Origin: Eledone cirrhosa
Taxonomy: Eukaryota
Assembly: GCA_964016885.1 (NCBI GenBank)
Contig: OZ024741.1
Span: 96,844,001-96,908,000 of the forward strand
Length of the DNA: 64,000 bases
Direction: 5' to 3'
Shown here: piece after piece, positions 14,026 to 25,980 of the stretch
Position numbering within the stretch: position 1 is the stretch's first letter
Layout: each line of letters starts with the position of its first letter
The notes under the pieces: model-generated
The model's database searches: none
Told to the model about the DNA's origin: nothing
The model's input: the letters and a program-made list of their open reading frames with translations, nothing else
Position numbers and translations under genes: made by a program

Positions 14026-17000
14026 TTGTGTGTGTGTGGTGTGTGTGTTGGTATTTATGTATGTGTATATATATTTAAGTTTTTGTCTCTGTGTATTCAC
14101 ACCTTTCATTGTATTGCCTATTTTTATCTTATCTTTTAATATTATTGCTCTACGAAATTCAATTATCTATAGAAGATTTTTCTATATTTTTCACAAAAAG
14201 ACAATTATATGTTTATGATAAATTTATTGAATGTGAAAAAACATAATTAAGTATTTAAACTAACTGTGTATTATGATTACTGTTGAAAGCCTAATATATA
14301 ATCTAATCGATCTCTTAAAATAACAAGGTAAACAATATAATATTCGAAATATATTTCTTTACATATACAGAAATATTTCACTGCATTTCACAACCTAACG
14401 ACTAACACCCTTAATATATAACTTGTCTTGGTTATAATTTTCGTATGAGTGGATATGAGTAGATTACGTTATCTACTCCACTACTATTTTTATACTATGA
14501 TATATTATATCATAATGTATTATGAAATTTTATTCGCCGTTTAACTTTATTACAGTTTTATGGATGTTATCAATTTCAAAATGTTTTTTTGTAAATGAAG
14601 TTTTGTTATACTTTCGTGAAAAAAGCAACATTGATTTATTTCGAAACAGCCATGAATGTGTAAATTAAAGTGTCTGTATTCTTCTAAAGTATAATTACTT
14701 GTAAGATCTATTAGACGCCTGAAAATGCGAATCATTATTAGGATGCACCGAATTGTACAAACCTGCAATATCTTACATTGGCTAAACATGTATTTTAAGG
14801 GAGAGAAAATAGGAAAGTGGTGTTGGTGTCATTTCTAGCGGACTTGAACATCAAGTGAAATAAATGCTTTATACTATGGGAAATTAGTTCGAGGCAGAAA
14901 CCTCGAAACTTGAAGATCTTATATTAGAGCCATTCTGTGAAAACCAATGAAACAGGTGAGCCTGTTATTCATTGTTTTGTCTAGGTATGTGATGTAATAC
15001 CCGTTCAATTCATGGGCAAATCTTGGCTGTGGATTCGTTTTTCTACTACATTACATTCACAGAGTTAGTAATAATTGTTAACACTTATAAGATGCAATAC
15101 TTTTCAACGTTTTAGTTTACTTTCCGGCAACGAGATCTTAAACCTAGTGACCCGTACTTAGCGCCAACAATAGTATGACGGTCGTTATATCGCCCATTAA
15201 ATGAAAAGTTTTAAAACAAAGTTAATATTGAAAAGTAAGTATATATCATATATTGGTATATCTATATAAATCTGTTTAATGGCATGACAATCTTAAACAT
15301 TATCAACATACATATCTTCCTATTCCAAAAATTAAAAAAACAACACGCCAAATTCCAGTTAAAGAGATAGTATTATACTAAATATATATTGCATACACCT
15401 ATGAGACATTTGCACACAGAAAAAAACTCCATAAAAATATTTTAAATCAAACATCAAACACCTTTTTCATATTATACTGTTGAAGCATTTAGTTTTTACT
15501 CAACAATAGAATATCGATCTCTTCAGAAAGGATAGATATTTCTAGAACACACAAGGACCTCCTATCATGAAGAACATTCTTATATCTGGAACAGTATAGC
15601 AGATAATCTAGAGACATTCTAAACGGAGCTATGTCATTTCCTTGCATGACTTGTTATATGTACATGAAATCTCACAATACTTTCTTGTAAATATGAAAGA
15701 ATGTCTAGGACAATATAACTCGACATACAACGTGTTTGAAAAGAAAAGGTTGGATAGTTACAGCTGGAACGTCTTTGTTCGATCACTTAGGTTTAAACAA
15801 AAACATCATTACCTTCATCTAAAGAAAGGTCATTCGAGAAATATGCCATATCACCAGTCAATTAGACACACACGCAAATGGCGACCATCTAATTTTATTT
15901 TAACTTATTCCTACGATAAACATAAATGTTACTTCGTATGAAAACGCACTCTAATAATACCATATATCCCGGCATCCTCAATGTGGTTTTCTCTTCTATT
16001 TATCCCTACACACATTCTGCGAGACATCCTTCTTACTCCTTTCTTCTTAATATGCAACTATTTAGAACTTTCACGTATTTCTCTTTATATATTCAAAATG
16101 ATTACAACTTGCATTTACCTGAACTGTCTGATAGACATTAAAAGACGATATAATACTAAATATTAATGAAATAAAACATGATTATACAACAGTTGTACAT
16201 AAAGCCAATGTTATATTGTTACAGTTTATTATAGACCAAATATCCAACGTTATTGAGGGACGTATACCTTAGATGCAGATATTTAACAATTTCGATGTCT
16301 GATCTATCGAGCTGTATAATCGTTGTTTGATTGTTGTTTTTGTTGAACCGTAGCTTGGGCAGCCCCATGAAGCAACGGATTATAGCCAAGAGGAGCCAAT
16401 CTTACTTTCAAGAACTTTGACTTATTCAATATGTCTCTTAACAATTTTAACAGACAATAGGCTGTGATTTGGCCCAGTTTGGCAGAGATTTATATTAAGA
16501 CATGCAACACGATAGCAGATATCATCCTACACTTGTCGTTTCAAAGGAGTAGCATCGTATTGAATTGTGACGATACCATGATCTTTTCTAACTTAAATAT
16601 CTAGACAGAGGATAGACGAGTAAGGATGATTACGTTGTTTAAACCAATTCTGTGGTAACTTATTAGCTCGTGACATTTTCAGATTCGTATTGTGCTAATG
16701 TAATAACAATTTTCAATTCTAGTTTTTAGTAATAATTTGTGTCTAATGTATGGTTATATGTTAAGTTACACATGCAAATAAGGAGAATTCCCCTATCCAT
16801 AAGATGTGCAAAATAAAAAAAAATCCGAATCCACAAGGAAAGAAAATTCAAGAAGAAAACTACAATCCATCACATTTAAAGCTTGGAGATATAGCAACAG
16901 ATAAATCAGTTTATTGAATTTCCCTAACTGTCATATATGACTGTTAACACCATTAGAGAGAAATAGCCGACATCTGTAAAATTAATCCACATCTACAGAA

Positions 17001-17329
17001 AACCCCTTACAATATATAAATACATACATCTATGTGTGTGTGCGTGTGTGCGCGCCAAAGTATGTGTACATACTTAGGTTTTGGGATGATTTAATGTAAG
17101 ATATTCACCAATATCTCTCAATTCATTAGAAATAATCCCCAGAAAGCAAATGTTAGAAATCCTCATATAAAAGCATGAATAGCTTCACTAAACTATCTTA
17201 CGGGTATATATGAAATTCCATGGAATTGTTAGGCTGACTGAAACGATCTGCAAGCGAAATAAAAAATTTGGGCAATGTACCTGTATCAAAATATAGTGAA
17301 ATCTGTTGGTCATCAAATATGTATATACA

Positions 17330-17510
17330 ATAATTGTTTCTACTGTTGGCAGTAGGTCAGCAATTATCCCAGTGAATTACTGGTACACTATTTTATCGAC
17401 CCCGTAAGGCAAAGTTACTCTCGGCGGGATTTGAACTCAGATCATAAAGGGCCATAACTCTATGCTCTAAAGCATGGCTTCCGACCCTGTACCGATACTG
17501 CCAATCCACT
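17330..17510 (-). mobile_element. tRNA-derived SINE
   Basis: Head, core and tail present on the minus strand. Confidence 0.9.
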
Positions 17511-17591
17511 AATATATATATACAACAATACTGACTCCATAGGCATTTTCTTGTTTGTGTGTATATATATATATACAGAGAGAGAGAGAGT

Positions 17592-17632
17592 CCGAGCTGA
17601 AGAACCGCATAAGGTGAAACAATTGTTCTCGG
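17592..17632 (+). ncRNA. Minimal type I hammerhead ribozyme (41 nt)
   Basis: CCGAG-CTGAAGA-ACC-gcataa-GGT-GAAAC-AATT-GT-T-CTCGG: 5-bp stem I, 3-bp stem II, palindromic stem III AACAATTGTT. Confidence 0.85.
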
Positions 17633-17702
17633 TATGGTGAACCTACTGTTGTGTTACTACTTCTACCAAACTCGGATATTGACTTCCATTGCTCTACCTC
17701 TT

Positions 17703-17736
<34 letters not shown>

Positions 17737-17916
17737 AATATATATATATGAGGACGAACTAAGCCCAAAACTTTTTCTCCACACCCAAATTTCTTTCTGT
17801 TTCCTCCTCATCGCATCCACTTTATCTTTCTCATTTCATCTTCTGATGAAGGTTTAATATCAGAAACGCTATGACACTTTTCCTACAACATTAAACGTTA
17901 AACTAATATATATATA

Positions 17917-18482
17917 TAGTATCAGTGCTCTGAAATAGCGATGTATGTATGAATGTGTGTATAGTATATTTGATAATATACTGTATGTTTATTAAAAGAC
18001 ATTTTGAAGACCATTCGCTATGAATTTTAAAGTAGTGCCTATGTCACTTACTTTATCTCGGCAAAAACAAAGGAAAGCAACCGACAGCTGTTTGTCGTTT
18101 GTTAACGGCTACCGAGATTGCTTATCCTTCCGCTTCTGCCGAGACTTATCGAAACTGGATTCTTATAGAATTCCAGTGATGTTTAAGAGCTGATTAAGCA
18201 GAGCCGTTTCCCGGCCAGCAAAAAATAGAAATTAGTATCAGTGCTCTGAAATAGCGATGTATGTATGAATGTATGTATAGTATATTTGGAAATATACTGT
18301 TTGCTTAATTAAAAACATTTTGAAGACCATTCGCTATGAGTTTTAAAGTAGTGATATGTCATTTACTTTGTTGTGGCAAAAACAAAGGGAAGCAACCAAC
18401 AGCTGTTTCTCGTTTGTTAACGGCAACTGCTCTGCTTAATCACTGGAATTCTATAAGAATCCAGCTTCGATAAATCTCAGCA
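17917..18482 (+). mobile_element. PLE-like non-coding element: partial tandem repeat plus inverted segment, degenerate HHR
   Basis: Direct repeat 17917-18108 / 18233-18424. Segment 18138-18180 is inverted at 18440-18482. Decayed core CTGCCGA-GA..TC-GAAAC with a long stem III. Related copy at 36130-36539. Confidence 0.65.
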
Positions 18483-18483
18483 A

Positions 18484-19295
18484 TCATTATCACTCCCGAT
18501 TGCCAGTGCTTAGATGCCTTTCCAAAGCGTCTGATCACCCGGCACACATGAGTAAGCTAGAGAATACCTCCTCTATGGCTTTTAATATCCCGTCCCGGAA
18601 TGCATCTTCCCCAGCTGCCTAGCCAAATTTAAGCTCTTTCACTGCTTTTGTGAATTCTGCCACTGAGACATTAGTCACGGCTCCCACATGCACCTCGTGT
18701 GCACCAGATAATGCTGTTGGGATCGAGTCCAGGAGATCATCAAAGTATTTTCTCCAATTCACGATGTGGCACCTCTCTAAAACGTGGAGAACTCCAGACG
18801 CGTTCTTGAGGAGGGTTTCTTATTACGATGACTGTGGATGGTCTGCCAGAAAATGTTATTTGCTTATCTGAAGTCGGATTCCACCTTAACTCCAAAGTCT
18901 TCCCATGTCTTGAATTGAGATTGTCTAAAACTAAAGAAGCCCACAAAATCGGCAGTTCCATGGAGTGCTACAGGATAAAATGGGAAGCATTTTTGGATAA
19001 GGATATAAGGACGTCAGGAACAGGTATGCAGATTGTATTGCATGAAAATTCAGAGAAACCCCTGAGCAAATTGTGGATGTTGAGTCAGAGTGGTGATTGT
19101 TCAGCGCAGCAGTTCCATATCGAGCTGTTAAATGCTGCAGGAAACAGATGCTTGGTGTGGCACCGGATGGCAGGAGAGCCTCTTGTTTCAATCAAAACGA
19201 CAAAGAGGCCATCTGAGAAAAGAAGGAGGCTTACAAAGCTTGGCTTTGAATTACGTTCTCCTTCTTGCACTTGTGGTACAAACAGGCATGTATAA
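18484..19295 (-). mobile_element. RTE-clade LINE fragment with inverted 5' segment
   Basis: Minus strand 18915->18484 reads KTWEDFG..ESDFR*ANNIFWQTI..WRKYFDDLL..AVKELKFG*AAGED..WQSGVI. Plus strand 18915->19295 reads YRIKWEAFLDKDIR..VESEW*LF..KEAI*EKKEAYKAWL..YKQA. Stops and frameshifts present. Confidence 0.8.
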
Positions 19296-20700
19296 TCACA
19301 GCAGAGACATTATTTTCTCATCATTTAATTATCCAATAGTGCGAAAATTCATAATTAAAAACAAATATTGTATTCACATTTTATACTAATTCTTGATAGT
19401 TAGTAATTCAAAATATGTTTAATGTGCCTATCATAAATATCCATAAAATATCACAAAACACACACATTCATATATATATTATAGAGGCATTACTATATAA
19501 GTATTCTGGGAATAAATCATTTGGAGGCAATAACATAATGCGAGTAATTTCATTTCTTTCACTTTTACGCTCTCACTTTCTCAGTCACTTCCACTCTTAT
19601 TTATTACTTCACCTTCCTCCTGTCATTCTCTCTTATTTCACTTTAGTAATAGAAAACTGCTAAATTTCAGTGACTAATTAGGAAATGTACTATCAGAGTA
19701 TAGCAAAGGTATAGACTTCAAAAGTAAAAAAAAAGCCCAAAGAAATCTAACAGCTCAGCTAAACGTATTAGAAACAAATTGTCAGCTTAAGAAGGAATTT
19801 CGTTGACATTTCCGATCTCAGGATCGAAATTGCTTAAAATATCGCCTGACAACTTACTGACCGCTCTTTAATTATTGAGACGCTAATTACAGAGTAGGAA
19901 ATGAATTACTTGAAAGTCGTAATGTTCGTTTAACCTATCCACTTAATACTAAAGTAGATATGTTACAAAATAGTACAATAATGTTAGCTGTCTGTGTGTT
20001 TTTCTGTCGATTGCTCTCAAGTGGTTTCTATAATATATAGTTAAATATTTACTTCGTCTGCAATTACTACAGTTAATGTAGGCCTCTTTGCTGATAGCTG
20101 AGGTTTCTAATGATATAGCTACCGTTATTTGATTTGATATTTTCTTCTGTAACTAACAAAAGCTTGTCTGCTATTGAAAATTATGCGCAACAAACTGATT
20201 ACACGTTTCAACGTTTTCAACAGAGTTTTTCTAACTAAAGCACCGTAGCAGATCATGAGTGTGAGGTTTAGCAAGACGAAACGTATAAATGGTTATTGTG
20301 TTAATGGTGCAACAGCAGCAAGTTCAAATTGCTGCTAAATCGCATAAAATAATACACTAAAGTATTACTAAAATGGAACGGCACACTGAAATATTTAGTA
20401 AGTATGTACACACTTAATCGACGAGCTAGAGCGATTGAAATAATTTGGACCTTAGATTAAGTGATACAAAACAAAAAAACATAAAAATTACCTACGTTAC
20501 TCGCTACCTCCCACGTTTCTCCTCTCTGTGAGTATGCATACCTCCTTATGAGCGTACTTATCTAACTACCTTGCTCTCTACTTACCTATATATCTACATA
20601 TACACATGCATTTAGGCATACCTATAAACATAAATAGATGGATATATATATATATAACTACAGACATACATACACACACACACATATATATATACATATA

Positions 20701-20784
<84 letters not shown>

Positions 20785-21068
20785 ATATACACACATATAC
20801 ATATGTGTATATATGTATATATATCGATATATGTTTCTCTCTCTATATATATAAATATTTATATAGAAATACTTACATACACTTGCTACAAACTCGTGAA
20901 AGAAACAGTCCTTTCTTCTGATGGGTCTCTTATTAAGGCGTGTCAGCCTTACAGCGTCGATGCATTTTTATAGTGCAGAATGTTACACACGGATCGGCGA
21001 ATCTGCAGTGAGGGATTTGAAGAAAAAATAGCTATATATTTGTCTAATATTACCTCAGGTTTTGCAAT

Positions 21069-21105
<37 letters not shown>

Positions 21106-21110
<5 letters not shown>

Positions 21111-21260
21111 AACGAGTAGGACCCCTAATTCAGTATAGAATTAGCCGTCGAAACGGCTTGAGCTCAGCCGTCTGGGTCCTACTCGTTCTTATTACCCACT
21201 CTACTACCCTAAGTATTGAGTACGTTATGGTCCATCTGGTTCCTTACCACATTTCCTTCG

Positions 21261-21307
<47 letters not shown>

Positions 21308-21457
21308 AACGAGTAGGACCCCTAATTCAGTATAGAATTAGCCGTCGAAACGGCTTGAGCTCAGCCGTCTGGGTCCTACTCGTTCTTATTACCCACTCTA
21401 CTACCCTAAGTATTGAGTACGTTATGGTCCATCTGGTTCCTTACCACATTTCCTTCG

Positions 21458-21460
<3 letters not shown>
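21106..21460 (+). mobile_element. Two identical tandem copies of the family A fold-back element separated by (TA)n
   Basis: Period 197 bp; each copy folds AAGAACGAGTAGGACCC...GGGTCCTACTCGTTCTT. Confidence 0.85.
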
Positions 21461-21492
<32 letters not shown>

Positions 21493-22077
21493 TATATATA
21501 TCTGAGCACTTAGAATAACGTAAATAGTCGAATTTTGTTATTCGTGTATTTCTTCATGGAGAGACACATTGTCTCGTTTCACGCACTGTGGAATGTTTGT
21601 TTCAAAGTTATGAAGATGCTATATAACATATATTCAAAACGAACATGATGTATTCCCTCGGGAATGTGCAATGTCCAGAGTCGAAGTGATTCGAGCTGTA
21701 GGGTCAAGGGGTCTCACAGTAGTCGATCCAGTCCGGATAGAGCCAGACTTCTAGCAAGTGTCGCATGAAATGTATCTGAAATCTAACTTTTACGTCTTAT
21801 TGTTTGAATACTCTACACCCCCGCCTTGCTATTTGACGGAGCGTGGTGTGGTCCTTGTTGATGTGGTCAATGACTGAGCTGAAATAGAGTTCGATATTTT
21901 ATTGCTCATTACGTAATATATCTTAGATAAATACCACCTGGCAGAGCCCATCTCTATTTGGTGTTTGGAGATAGCCTCCAATAGTGGCTCGCTGTTTACA
22001 TGGAAAAGTACCCGATGAATTTCTAATAATTTCTCCTAGGAAACTCGTCATATGTATATATATATATATATATTTAT

Positions 22078-22415
22078 ATAATATAAGATCAAAAGATGGT
22101 TAAAGGAGTTCAATATATTTTATTATGCGCATTTCAAAAACAAACATCATTAAACAATAATATTTGTGTTTTCATCAGATAAAACAGGAGAACATGATAT
22201 GAAGGCTAAAAAAACACTTGTTGATAGTGCAGTTTTAAATCAACATATGTTGATTTAAAACTGCACTATCAACAAGTGTTTTTTTAGCCTTCATATCATG
22301 TTCTCCTGTTTTATCTGATGAAAACACAAATATTATTGTTTAATGATGTTTGTTTTTGAAATGCGCATAATAAAATATATTGAACTCCTTTAACCATCTT
22401 TTGATCTTATATTAT
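22078..22415. repeat. Perfect spacerless 338-bp palindrome (fold-back PLE-like element; tail continues to ~22502)
   Basis: Centre CAACAT|ATGTTG at 22246/22247; the 169-bp arms are reverse complements by eye. Confidence 0.9.
22309..22375 (+). ncRNA. Type I hammerhead ribozyme (mirror copy at 22118-22184, minus strand)
   Basis: TTTTAT-CTGATGA-AAACA...TGTTT(TT)-GAAA-TGCGCAT-A-ATAAAA: 6-bp stem I, palindromic stem III, AUA triplet. Confidence 0.7.
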
Positions 22416-22518
22416 GCATACTCCAGTCCCACAAACTGTAGAGTGCTTCTTATCCGATATCTGCATTGCTTTATTGTACTACAATAAAACTCACCTCCTA
22501 CATATATATTTATATATG

Positions 22519-22549
<31 letters not shown>

Positions 22550-22786
22550 CTAAATATATGTCTAAATATATACATATATCGCTATGAATTTAATATATTC
22601 TCCCGTAAGGTAGAGTAACACTTTAGGCAGTATTATCTAGCTGCGCTTTCTAGCAACCAGCCTACTCGCCGCCTGGCAACCAATCACAGCTTCTACCTTG
22701 ACCACTAGCCCATGATAATTCTTAGCCATTTTTGAATTCATTTATGGCGGGGATGACGGTAGAAATGTTAGTCCAAACTCGGAGTG

Positions 22787-22871
22787 TCTCTTGATAAGCT
22801 CCAAGATTCGTGGATAAATCCAGGATCGGATATATCCGCAAAAAAAAGAGCGAAACTGCCGGCAGTCGGGA
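22787..22871 (+). ncRNA. Type I hammerhead ribozyme, U3-A8 core variant
   Basis: TCTC-TTGATAA-GCTC...GAGC-GAAAC-TGCCGGCA-GTC-GGGA; stem III palindrome ACTGCCGGCAGT, GUC triplet. Confidence 0.8.
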
Positions 22872-25196
22872 TTAGAATAATTTTGGTAAAGTTTATATGC
22901 ATATTTTCTTCCAACTTATATTTTAGACTTAACTCCGTTTAGTTGATTATTTGTCTAGTTAATTTCTACGGACTAAAAGAAATGACTAGATACATTTTAT
23001 ATGGCTGTTCCTCGCGGAAAATAGTCTGTATCATTTGTCTATTATTTCTTCATAGTTACATTTTATACTTATAGCCTCGTTTAAATGAATATTTATGTGG
23101 TTGATTTCTACGGACTAGAGAGAGGAAAAACTGTATATATTTTATCTAATAATTCTTCAAACTTGCAATTTTATATATAGCTCTGATTAATAATTATTTT
23201 CTTAATTAATTCTTTCATTAAGCCACAACGTGAAAAGTAGCCACACTCATATATGTATATGTGACTATGTCTAAATATGTGTCTAAATATATGTATATAT
23301 TTAGACAGATATTTAGACATAGTCATAGTCCCTATGAATTTAATATATATATATATGCGTAGGTGGTGTTCCAGCATGGCCTCAGCCGGATGGCTGGAAC
23401 AAGTAAAAGAGTAAAATAGTATATGTGTGTGTATAAATACACATATGTATACATATATACATGTCTGTAACAGAGACAACTTGCATCTCTGTTGGTGCAG
23501 CCAGCATCATATTTCGTTAAAGGGGTGAATACTACTTGACTGATCATGAGTCTAGTATCTACAATATAGTAGTTACAGGTTGGCTGCTCTCCTACTCTTA
23601 GTCTGTTTGCATCTGCAAATACTACAAGATATAATTGCTCGGGGCTTATTTGTTATCATTGGTCACAGCTGCTATTTATTTGTTTAGGTTTCCGAAGGTT
23701 TTTTTCTGTTTACTATGTTTCAGTTTTGTGAATCAAATAAATTTAACTGCTTGTAACGAAATATACTTATTGAAATATTTAAGGGTTCACTATATGTTTT
23801 TTCATCATTTTTAGGAATCACTTATCATCTATAAAGTGCTTTATATGAATACAATTTCGTTGACAGGAGGGTAGTTTATTAATATGAGGACTGAGTATTG
23901 GCAACGCGTTGAGTAAAAATAATCCATCAGTTAATAATTTGACATGCTACAAACGCAACCGAAATTCTCAAGCCACAATATTTAAACAAACTTGTTGACA
24001 TCCCTATTGATATACCTCACGGAGTCATTCAGTATTACAACGGTGAAACTAGTCTTCAGTTTATTATAATACAGTTTGTATATGAAAGATAATTTTCTTT
24101 TCTTTGCCATAAGCAAAATAATGTACCATGATTTTATAATTCCAAATGGAAACAAAACGAAAATAGTTAGAAAGGAAATTCATGCTTATTTCATATTGTT
24201 CCAATCTTAGATATTTATATCCCTGATTAAAAGGTTCAAAAGAAGCAAAATGTGATTTGAAGGAACAATTATATTACAACTGATGCTTTATCAAATAATC
24301 AAAACACACGCGTTGTTTATATCAGGAAATTCAATAATAATATAATTGATATCACTACATATATATAGTTATTTTATTTGAGAATGCCCTAGGTAAATGT
24401 TCATCTTAGATATAAGATAATGGATTTGGAAATAATATTTATGAGAAAAGCTCCATTTGCCAATAGCAGCGCTTATACTAAATAAAAGATTTACTTGCCC
24501 TCACTATTAATTGTATTAATCTGTTTTTCTACAACAATTCCGAAATACTTAGCAATTGATTAGTTCAAAGCATAATGAAATTTCATTAGAGTTTATTTAC
24601 TGCACTTCCGATGGATCTGCTAAAGATTCATACATCTATAGACACACAAATATATACATGCACATATAAAGACAAATACATATACATACATACAATATAT
24701 ATATATATATATGTGCATGTGTGTGTGAGTGCGCGCGCGTGCGTATAAACATATATATGCTTACATATATATATATATGTAAGTGTATGTATCTGTGTGT
24801 GTACATAGATGCATAAACACATACGGGTTCTCATCACAATCGCATGTGCAGGATGCATTTCCATCTACGCCACTTCATCTTCACTTCAATTAGCATTATC
24901 TCTAAAATATCTCAAATCTATAGGAACTATTTACATTAATGAGTTTACCCAATATTCTTTCCGCGAACGTTTCCATGTAATTTAAATATAATTTAATTTT
25001 CACTACTTGAAGCGACACAAAAGTCATTTACTTTTTTAATATCCGAGAAAGAAAAATAAACTTGTTTGCCTAATTCTATTTGATATTTATTATCGTTAAT
25101 TTAGCTATTATTTTTATTAGTAGTAATGTTATTATCCTAATTCTCATCAACATCATCACCACTTGATTTCTAACAGAAACACAAAATATTTTCATC

Positions 25197-25337
<141 letters not shown>

Positions 25338-25664
25338 TATATATATATATATATATACCATCATTAATGATAAATAACTTATTGTATTATATGCTATGTT
25401 GATCTGTGGGATAATTTCATGGATCCAGAAATGTTATAAAACATTTAAAGAGCTTTCACCAAATGCATATTTGGTCAACATGAGAATTCTTTCAAAATGT
25501 TCAAGTCGTATTGAACAACAGAATCCACTTTTAACGACAAAAAGGCAAGTAAAACATAAGATCATGTTGGGAAACTTTAATAAAACATTGTGCACAAGTG
25601 GAAATTCTTTTCAAGAAGTGGGTTGAAAAACCTGAACGTGTCCATGTTAACCAACTTCCCCTTT

Positions 25665-25980
25665 CGGTAATCAGAGAGGAAGGGTGGTAGGTCTAACAAC
25701 CAAATTCGCTATCGTCAATTCGGTATTCGTGTCAACCCTTATCTATGGTCATGAATCTTGGGAGTAAGGATAGTCAATAGAGTGTTTAGCTCGGAAATAA
25801 AATACTTGCTTCAGGTACAACCTCTGCTTCTCTGAAGTGAGACATCACAGCTCCGATATTATGAACATGTTGTTCAGAAGGTCTCAAGAAAGAAACTCTG
25901 GACAGATTTTACGGGCAAAATCAAGCGGCAAGAGACCCAGGAGTAAACCTCGAGCAAGATAGTTGGATAACATCAATGAC
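25665..25980 (+). mobile_element. RTE-clade LINE 3' fragment, decayed
   Basis: Translates to SVFVSTLIYGHESW...SSEIKYLLQVQPLLL*SETSQLRYYEHV..SQER..GKRPRSKPRAR*LDNI, a typical RTE C-terminus. Confidence 0.75.

Noticed and set aside
14880-14960. Strong splice donor AG|GTGAGC (another near 26990)
   Set aside because: Upstream frames contain stops and no product is recognisable.
18828-19295. 155-aa ORF as a host gene
   Set aside because: It is a chimeric reading across an inverted RTE fragment.
21106-21460. CRISPR-like repeat-spacer pattern
   Set aside because: Only two long units, (TA)n spacers, eukaryotic context and no cas genes.
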